Shown here piece after piece: positions 1-4,862 of a stretch of 5,310 nt of DNA. This DNA is from a virus. The notes beneath the pieces are model-generated. The model saw only the letters and a program-made list of their open reading frames with translations. It was not told the DNA's origin and did no database searches. The DNA lies in the UHGV virus genome UHGV-0225900, one strand, 5' to 3'. The position numbers and the translations under genes are program-made. Positions within the stretch are counted from its first letter, which is position 1; the number at the start of each line of letters is the position of its first letter.

Positions 1-569
1 ATCACCGACCTCACTTTCATGTCATCTTATTCAACTTTGTGATACCAGACCTGGAACTCATCGCAAACAAGAATGGATTCGCTGTATTCCAATCCGAGGA
101 GGTCAGCAAAGTATGGGGTATGGGAAACGTCACCATAAACCGAAATTCGTGGCTGACGGCTGCCTATACCGCACGCTACATGATGAAAAAGCGCAAAGGA
201 AAATGGGCAAAACAAGAATACGCAGAAGCCGGAATAAATCCAGAATTCTGCCTCTGCTCAAGAAAGCCTGGAATCGGATATGGATACTACGAAGCACACA
301 AGGATGAAATATACAGCAAGGACGGTATCGCATATGCAAAAGCGAAAGGGGGCGCACAGACCAGAAAACCACCAAAGTATTTCGACAAGTTGTTTAAACT
401 GGAAAATCCGAAAAAATTCGAAGAAATACAAGAATTGCGGAAAAATGTAGCAGAGCACCAGTTCAAATACAAACTTGTTGGAAAAACAACATTACCGCGA
501 ATAGAATACTACAAAATTGAGGAACAGGTTAAGCAGGACACTATTAAAGCACTAAGGCGGACGCTGTGA
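1..569 (+). CDS. VP4: Rolling-circle replication initiator, 3' part (continuation of 4863..5310; the track's 39..569 ORF is a fragment of it)
   Basis: Codons from position 3 read HRPHFHVILFN (HUH motif II), then WGMGNV, YTARYMMKK (motif III with two tyrosines), EFCLCSRKPGIG and PPKYFDK. Stop TGA is at 567-569. Confidence 0.97.
   Translation, partial: HRPHFHVILFNFVIPDLELIANKNGFAVFQSEEVSKVWGMGNVTINRNSWLTAAYTARYMMKKRKGKWAKQEYAEAGINPEFCLCSRKPGIGYGYYEAHKDEIYSKDGIAYAKAKGGAQTRKPPKYFDKLFKLENPKKFEEIQELRKNVAEHQFKYKLVGKTTLPRIEYYKIEEQVKQDTIKALRRTL
113..307 (+). CDS. Candidate overprinted gene inside Rep (64 aa, basic, amphipathic C-terminus)
   Basis: GAGGAGGT (96-103) lies 9 nt before ATG 113, in a different frame from Rep. 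No homology recognised. Confidence 0.3.
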   Translation: MGYGKRHHKPKFVADGCLYRTLHDEKAQRKMGKTRIRRSRNKSRILPLLKKAWNRIWILRSTQG

Positions 570-577
570 AGTGGAGG

Positions 578-606
578 AAGCCCCCGGAGAAATCCGGGGG
601 CTTTGT
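578..606 (+). terminator. Rho-independent terminator-like hairpin downstream of Rep
   Basis: Perfect 11-bp stem AAGCCCCCGGA (578-588) / TCCGGGGGCTT (593-603) with a GAAA tetraloop, 8 nt after the Rep stop. The U-tract is short (TTTGT). Confidence 0.8.
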
Positions 607-657
607 GCTGGCCGCGCCGGCACCCTAAAGGGGCCCCCGACGCTTTTATGGCCAGCA
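606..657. other. GC-rich imperfect stem-loop; candidate complementary-strand priming signal (single-strand origin)
   Basis: Outer arms TGCTGGCC (606-613) / GGCCAGCA (650-657). Inner arms GCGCCGG (614-620) / CCGACGC (637-643) have one mismatch. Apical CCC-TAAA-GGG is at 623-632. The structure is seen in the sequence; the function is inferred. Confidence 0.45.
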
Positions 658-728
658 GGCCAATAAGGAAAGGGACAGAACTTTACAAAAAATCGAAAAA
701 TAATTGAAAAAACATAAAAAAATAGTTA

Positions 729-757
729 ATTACAAAAAATTAAAAAAATGATATAAT
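729..757 (+). promoter_or_regulatory. Sigma70/SigA-type promoter with extended -10
   Basis: TG-A-TATAAT at 749-757 is a perfect extended -10. ATTACA at 729-734 is a 4/6 match to -35 with a 17-nt spacer. A-tracts upstream (~687-722) are UP-element-like. The SD AAAGGGGA (773-780) and ATG 789 follow. Confidence 0.75.
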
Positions 758-788
758 TAAAACAAATAAGAGAAAGGGGATAAAACAA

Positions 789-1127
789 ATGGAAATCTAC
801 ATCATCAGAAACTACTGCTGGTACAACGAGGGCACAGACCAAATCCAAGACGACCAAAGAATACCGCACCTGGAACTCACAAAAACAAGAAAGGAGGTAA
901 AAAAAATTGCAGAAGAATACGGGGTAAAAATCATGAAATGGGAAAAAAGAGAAAGAAAGGGATGGGATGAAAAAATACTAGAAACGCTATACACAATAAA
1001 AGTGGGAGAGAAAATCCATATCACAAAAGACAAGAGCTACGCGAAAAAACTTGCAATACGAGCAGAATGGGAAGAACAAAATAAGGAGTTGGAACAGTAC
1101 AATGGAAATCTGGGATATGATGATTAA
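789..1127 (+). CDS. Hypothetical protein (112 aa, Lys/Glu-rich), first gene of the accessory cluster
   Basis: ATG with SD AAAGGGGA 8 nt upstream, directly after the promoter. It fills the space on the coding strand. No recognisable motif. Confidence 0.8.
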   Translation: MEIYIIRNYCWYNEGTDQIQDDQRIPHLELTKTRKEVKKIAEEYGVKIMKWEKRERKGWDEKILETLYTIKVGEKIHITKDKSYAKKLAIRAEWEEQNKELEQYNGNLGYDD

Positions 1128-1260
1128 CATCACGAGGGCACGAGCCGATAAAGCATTCCGGGAACTGGACTACGAAGCATTTACAGAACTGTGCAAACTA
1201 CTGGAAGACTTTGACAAAATCAAGACGGCATACGGGAAGGGAGAAAAAACCAATGTTTAA
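1102..1260 (+). CDS. Hypothetical small helical protein (~52 aa; start uncertain: 1102, 1117 or 1120)
   Basis: Same frame as the track ORF 1051..1260. ATG 1102 follows AAGGAG (1083-1088, long spacer). It overlaps the end of the previous ORF and the start of the next. Sequence MEIWDMMINITRARADKAFRELDYEAFTELCKLLEDFDKIKTAY… looks amphipathic-helical. Confidence 0.65.
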   Translation: MEIWDMMINITRARADKAFRELDYEAFTELCKLLEDFDKIKTAYGKGEKTNV

Positions 1261-1426
1261 TCTAACCAACAAGCAAGCAAAAGTCCTGGACGAGCTTATC
1301 ATGATGGAGAAGGCCACAGAAACCAAAAATGCGTGGATTTCCTTCCGGCTACTTGCAAACGTCACAGCGAAGGAATATGATAATATCAAGCAGAAAGGAG
1401 GTGATGACAATGGCATACAGACGTAA
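1253..1426 (+). CDS. Hypothetical 57-aa protein, possible helix-turn-helix DNA-binding protein
   Basis: ATG 1253 is preceded by AAGGGAG (1237-1243) and overlaps the upstream stop (ATGTTTAA). Sequence MFNLTNKQAKVLDELIMMEKATETKNAWISFRLLANVTAKEYDNIKQKGG…. The HTH call is by eye only. Confidence 0.7.
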   Translation: MFNLTNKQAKVLDELIMMEKATETKNAWISFRLLANVTAKEYDNIKQKGGDDNGIQT

Positions 1427-1526
1427 GGCAAGACGAGGGGACCACAGGATGTTTATGCGCACGGCAGGGACCACGAAGCAAATCAACATCACGCCTAAAA
1501 TCATGCGAGGAGGCATCAGACTTTGA
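1410..1526 (+). CDS. VP8: Small basic DNA-binding/packaging protein (VP8-like, functional analogue of phiX174 J), 38 aa
   Basis: Strong SD AAAGGAGGTGA (1394-1404) before ATG 1410. MAYRRKARRGDHRMFMRTAGTTKQINITPKIMRGGIRL is Arg/Lys-rich with the F-x-RTA and C-terminal MRGGIRL signature of gokushovirus-type VP8. Confidence 0.88.
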   Translation: MAYRRKARRGDHRMFMRTAGTTKQINITPKIMRGGIRL

Positions 1527-1810
1527 AAGGCTATCTGTACAGCATCTACGACACCAAGCTGCACCAGGTCATCATGATGACCATCCACCAAAACGACAAG
1601 GACGCCAAAGAAAATTTCCACAAGGCGACGAAGGAATTCGACGCCAGAGCGCTGGTCCTCTGCCGGATGGCGGACATCGACACAGAAGAAAACGAACTCA
1701 CAATATCAAAACAGGAGGTAGTCTCACGTGGGAAAAACAACCTCAAACACGCCAAGGTTCTACAGCCGACTGAATCTGCCGGAACGGAAACCGTCTCCGG
1801 CGGGAAGTGA
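1523..1810 (+). CDS. VP5: Nonstructural protein VP5-like (95 aa)
   Basis: TTG start overlaps the VP8 stop (TTGA), with SD GAGGAGG at 1507-1513. N-terminal LYSIYDTK and 'NDKDAKENF' match the YSIYDxK…NDxxAxRxF pattern of gokushovirus VP5. It lies directly upstream of VP3. Confidence 0.78.
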   Translation: MKGYLYSIYDTKLHQVIMMTIHQNDKDAKENFHKATKEFDARALVLCRMADIDTEENELTISKQEVVSRGKNNLKHAKVLQPTESAGTETVSGGK

Positions 1811-2234
1811 ATGGGCTGAACAGTGCGTCGTTGACGTGGACAGCGAAACCGGGGCGAAGGTCTTGAAAATAGTCGGCCGAGAAAACATCTACGATAAAAT
1901 CCAGGAGTGCCTGGAACCGACGAAAATCGAAAACATCATCCGTCGATTTGAAGAAGGCGACCAAAGCGCACTTGGACATCCGGACGGCATCTATGCCGAC
2001 ATCAGCGACATGCCGACAAACATCATCGAGGCGCAAAAGCGCATCCAAGACGTACAGGCAAAATTCGCATCGCTGCCTGCCGAAATAAAAGAAAGATTCG
2101 GAAACGACCCGACGGTCTTCATGGCCGAAATCCTTACAGGAAAAGGACTGGAAAAACTGAAAAACAAAGAACCCGAACCCAAAGAACCTGAACCAAAAGC
2201 GCAGGAGGGAACAAAAAATGAACCGAAACAGTAA
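1728..2234 (+). CDS. VP3: Internal scaffolding protein VP3 (168 aa)
   Basis: GTG start with SD AGGAGGT (1713-1719). Motifs IENIIRRF, GIYADISDMP and FASLPAEIKERFGNDPTVF are typical of the Chlamydia-phage/gokushovirus scaffold family. It has a low-complexity Pro/Glu/Lys tail. Confidence 0.9.
   Translation: MGKTTSNTPRFYSRLNLPERKPSPAGSEWAEQCVVDVDSETGAKVLKIVGRENIYDKIQECLEPTKIENIIRRFEEGDQSALGHPDGIYADISDMPTNIIEAQKRIQDVQAKFASLPAEIKERFGNDPTVFMAEILTGKGLEKLKNKEPEPKEPEPKAQEGTKNEPKQ
2166..2198 (+). repeat. Short 15-nt tandem duplication encoding KEPEP-KEPEP-K in the VP3 tail
   Basis: AAAGAACCCGAACCC AAAGAACCTGAACCA AAA. Confidence 0.7.
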
Positions 2235-3951
2235 CAGCCGTTTCGCACAAGCTCCGCAGGTAGATATACAGCGGTCCACCTTTGACCGCTCCAGTGGGCA
2301 CAAAACGACGTTCAACGCGGGCAAATTAGTGCCCATCTATGTGGACGAAGTTTTACCCGGAGACACATTCGAAATGAAGACCTCGGCCATTATACGAGGA
2401 AGTACGCCTATCTACCCAGTCATGGACAACGCCAACCTGGACATTTACTTTTTCTTCGTACCGAACCGACTGGTTTGGGACCACTGGAAAGAGTTCAACG
2501 GCGAGAACACAACCAGCAAATGGGAACAAACTGTGGAATACAGCATTCCGCAGATGGCTCCTCCGTTAAGCACCGGAACAAAACCAGTAGGGGGCTGGGA
2601 AAAAGGGACCCTGGCGGACTATATGGGCATTCCGACAGAGGTAGGACCTGGAGCCTCACAAACCAATCCAGAATGGACCGTCAACCATCTTCCGTTTAGA
2701 GCATACTGCCTGATATGGAATGAATGGTTTCGAGACCAGAACCTACAGGACCCGGTCCTCATCGACAAAGGTGATTCACAGACCAATGGCAGACACCTGA
2801 TACCAGAAGGGAACTCAATCACATTTGAGAACCAAGCAGCTTTACAAGGGGCCAATCTTCTACCGGTAAACAAGTACTTCGACTACTTCACAGGGGCACT
2901 TCCTGAGCCTCAGAAGGGACCAGACGTACTGTTGCCTCTGGGAAGCAGAGCACCAGTAATCACAAGCGGAGTAAACAATAAAATAATCTCAGACGAAGCA
3001 GTGATATTCAGCGCTCCACAACCAGGAGAAATAGGCTCAAACCATGCATTATTCATTCAAAAAGGAACAGGCGGCGCATCAACCAACCAAGGAAGATTGG
3101 TAGCAGGAAACCAAGATGCATCTGGAGGAGATATCACACAGATAATACCGCAAAACCTGGTCGCGGACCTCGAACACGCTACAGCCGCTACCATCAACGA
3201 ACTGCGACTAGCATTCCAGATACAGAAACTGTACGAACGGGATGCTCGTGGCGGTACGAGATACATTGAGATTATAAAATCTCATTTTGGAGTAACCTCT
3301 CCTGATGCCCGACTTCAGAGACCTGAATACCTGGGCGGCGAACGGATTCCGATTAACATTGACCAGGTCATACAGACATCTGGTACGATGGAAGGAACTA
3401 CACCGCAGGGCAATACTGGTGCCTATTCCCTTACAGGCAACCAGGGAAGCTATTTCAAGCACTCTTTCGTAGAACACGGGTACGTGCTAGGGCTGGCGTG
3501 TGTCCGAACCGAACACACCTACCAGCAGGGGCTAGAAAAAATCTGGAACCGGAGAAATCGATTTGATTTCTATTGGCCGGCTCTAGCGAATATCGGAGAA
3601 CAAGCTATCCTAAACAAGGAAATCTACCTGCAGGCTAGCAAAGCAACCAACGAAGAAGCCTTCGGCTATCAAGAAGCCTGGGCGGAATACCGATATAAAC
3701 CGAGTCGGGTAAGCTCAGCATTCCGAAGCAACGTAAACGGAAGCCTGGACGCGTGGCACTACGCAGACTACTATGAAGCCATGCCGAAACTATCGGCGGA
3801 ATGGATAGAAGAAACCTACAAGAACGTGGACAGAACCCTGGCGGTACAGTCCACACTGGAAGACCAGTACATTGCAGACTTCTGGTTCAAGTGCACATGT
3901 ACTCGGCCTATGCCTATCTACAGTATACCTGGACTGATTGACCATCACTAA
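2218..3951 (+). CDS. VP1: Major capsid protein VP1 (F-like), 577 aa
   Basis: SD AGGAGG at 2203-2208. Hallmark motifs include RSTFDRS…KTTFNAGKLVPIYVDEVLPGDTF, FFFVPNRLVWDHW, LPFRAYCLIWNEWFRDQNLQ, ATINELRLAFQIQKLYERDARGGTRYIE, RLQRPEYLGG, FGYQEAWAEYRYKP and C-terminal RPMPIYSIPGLIDHH. Confidence 0.99.
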   Translation: MNRNSNSRFAQAPQVDIQRSTFDRSSGHKTTFNAGKLVPIYVDEVLPGDTFEMKTSAIIRGSTPIYPVMDNANLDIYFFFVPNRLVWDHWKEFNGENTTSKWEQTVEYSIPQMAPPLSTGTKPVGGWEKGTLADYMGIPTEVGPGASQTNPEWTVNHLPFRAYCLIWNEWFRDQNLQDPVLIDKGDSQTNGRHLIPEGNSITFENQAALQGANLLPVNKYFDYFTGALPEPQKGPDVLLPLGSRAPVITSGVNNKIISDEAVIFSAPQPGEIGSNHALFIQKGTGGASTNQGRLVAGNQDASGGDITQIIPQNLVADLEHATAATINELRLAFQIQKLYERDARGGTRYIEIIKSHFGVTSPDARLQRPEYLGGERIPINIDQVIQTSGTMEGTTPQGNTGAYSLTGNQGSYFKHSFVEHGYVLGLACVRTEHTYQQGLEKIWNRRNRFDFYWPALANIGEQAILNKEIYLQASKATNEEAFGYQEAWAEYRYKPSRVSSAFRSNVNGSLDAWHYADYYEAMPKLSAEWIEETYKNVDRTLAVQSTLEDQYIADFWFKCTCTRPMPIYSIPGLIDHH

Positions 3952-3962
3952 GGAGGTCAAAT

Positions 3963-4790
3963 ATGGGACTCCTAGACTTTTTCAAGGGGGCATTTGCTAC
4001 TGGTGCAAATTATCCCTCAAAGGATAACTGGAACGTCCAATATGAACAACAGATTGCGGACCGGGATTGGCAACGCAATCAGCAAGCAGCACAGCAGGCA
4101 TTCCTAAATGAGATGACCAGCGCACAAATGGCCATGAATTGGGATGCTCAGCAAGCTGCACTCAATCGCCAATTCCAGCAAAGCAGCGCACAACAGGCCA
4201 TGCAGTTCAGCGCCAACGAAGCGGCCCTGAATCGCCAATGGCAGGAAGCCATGAATCAGAAGGCGATGGACTGGGATGCTCAGCAAGCTGAGATAAACCG
4301 TAACTGGCAGGCAGCTGAGGCGCAAGCGAACAGAGAATTCCAAACCGCATCTGCACAACAAGCCATGCAGTGGGAGGCACAGCAAGCTGAGCTCCAGAGA
4401 CAGTTTCAAACTGAGATGTCCAATACAAGCTATCAGAGGGCCGTAAAGGACCTTAAAGCCGCTGGCCTTAACCCTATACTGGCAGCACTCAATCAAGGGG
4501 CTTCTACGCCCTCTGGGGCCATGGGAGGGGGCTTTGCGGCGTCGGGGTCTATGGGCGGAGGTGCACAGGGGTCTGGATTCACCTCTTCCGGGTCATCCGG
4601 ACAAGGTTTTTCGGCGTCTGGTTCCCAGGGCCGCGGATACTCCGCAAGCGGTAAACAGGCGACCAGCGCAAAGGGCATCGTCAAGGATGGACTTGGACTC
4701 CTGGGAGACATCATTAAACTGTCGATTCACGAGCAGCACCAATCGAAGACCGAGTTCGGGAAACTTCTCGCAGGCTTTATGGGCCGATGA
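3963..4790 (+). CDS. VP2: DNA pilot / minor capsid protein VP2 (H-like), 275 aa
   Basis: SD AAGGAGGT at 3950-3957. It follows VP1, has a Gln/Ala-rich coiled-coil region, and carries the conserved MSNTSYQRAVKDLKAAGLNPILA…GASTPSG motif of gokushovirus VP2. Confidence 0.95.
   Translation: MGLLDFFKGAFATGANYPSKDNWNVQYEQQIADRDWQRNQQAAQQAFLNEMTSAQMAMNWDAQQAALNRQFQQSSAQQAMQFSANEAALNRQWQEAMNQKAMDWDAQQAEINRNWQAAEAQANREFQTASAQQAMQWEAQQAELQRQFQTEMSNTSYQRAVKDLKAAGLNPILAALNQGASTPSGAMGGGFAASGSMGGGAQGSGFTSSGSSGQGFSASGSQGRGYSASGKQATSAKGIVKDGLGLLGDIIKLSIHEQHQSKTEFGKLLAGFMGR
4131..4427 (+). repeat. Degenerate 33/66-nt tandem repeats (11/22-aa periodicity) within VP2
   Basis: TGGGATGCTCAGCAAGCTG occurs exactly at 4140 and 4272 (132 nt apart = 4x33), with a variant at 4371 (99 nt further = 3x33). 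AATCGCCAAT occurs at 4164 and 4230 (66 nt apart). Confidence 0.85.
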
Positions 4791-4805
4791 GATTCTGAAT
4801 TTCTG

Positions 4806-4847
4806 TCACTCAGCTCCATTACAACAAGCTATAATGGAGCTGAGTGA
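4806..4847. other. Perfect 16-bp hairpin between VP2 and Rep; probable rolling-circle (double-strand) origin
   Basis: TCACTCAGCTCCATTA (4806-4821) / TAATGGAGCTGAGTGA (4832-4847) with a 10-nt loop CAACAAGCTA (TAGCTTGTTG on the - strand, containing the CTTG core of the phiX174 CAACTTG^ATA nick site). It is non-coding, immediately upstream of Rep, and has no downstream U-tract. Confidence 0.7.
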
Positions 4848-4862
4848 AATGGAGGGCCAAAA

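Noticed and set aside
120..569. A*-like internal in-frame restart of Rep at ATG 120
   Set aside because: The SD at 96-103 is 16 nt away, which is too far, and the product would lack the HUH motif. The ATG at 113 fits the SD better.
700..735. Possible dif-like (XerC/XerD) integration site in the non-coding region after Rep, as used by enterobacterial gokushovirus prophages
   Set aside because: Only AACATAA (711-717) matches part of a reversed XerD arm. The rest of that arm and the XerC arm do not match, and such a match is expected by chance in an A-tract region. There is no support for integration.
891..927. Strong SD-like AAGGAGGT inside ORF 789..1127
   Set aside because: It is followed only by an out-of-frame TTG giving a 6-codon peptide, or an in-frame ATT. 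It is probably incidental to Lys-Glu-Val codons.
1051..1409. Track starts at 1051, 1211 and 1329
   Set aside because: These are upstream extensions without SDs. Better-supported starts are 1102 (approximate), 1253 and 1410.
1743..2336. 197-aa minus-strand ORF (and the other minus-strand ORFs in the track)
   Set aside because: These are antisense shadows of VP3/VP1/VP2/Rep with Phe/Ser/Leu-rich composition mirroring the A-rich + strand. No SD or motifs were noticed, and microvirus genes are normally co-oriented.
2475..2699. 74-aa alternative-frame ORF inside VP1 (and 4996..5184 inside Rep)
   Set aside because: No convincing SD and no hydrophobic segment. The length is compatible with chance.
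4131..4427. CRISPR-like or DGR template/variable repeat interpretation of the VP2 repeats
   Set aside because: The repeats are in-frame, degenerate at synonymous sites and spaced at multiples of 33 nt, so they are protein repeats. There are no unique spacers and no reverse transcriptase or cas gene.
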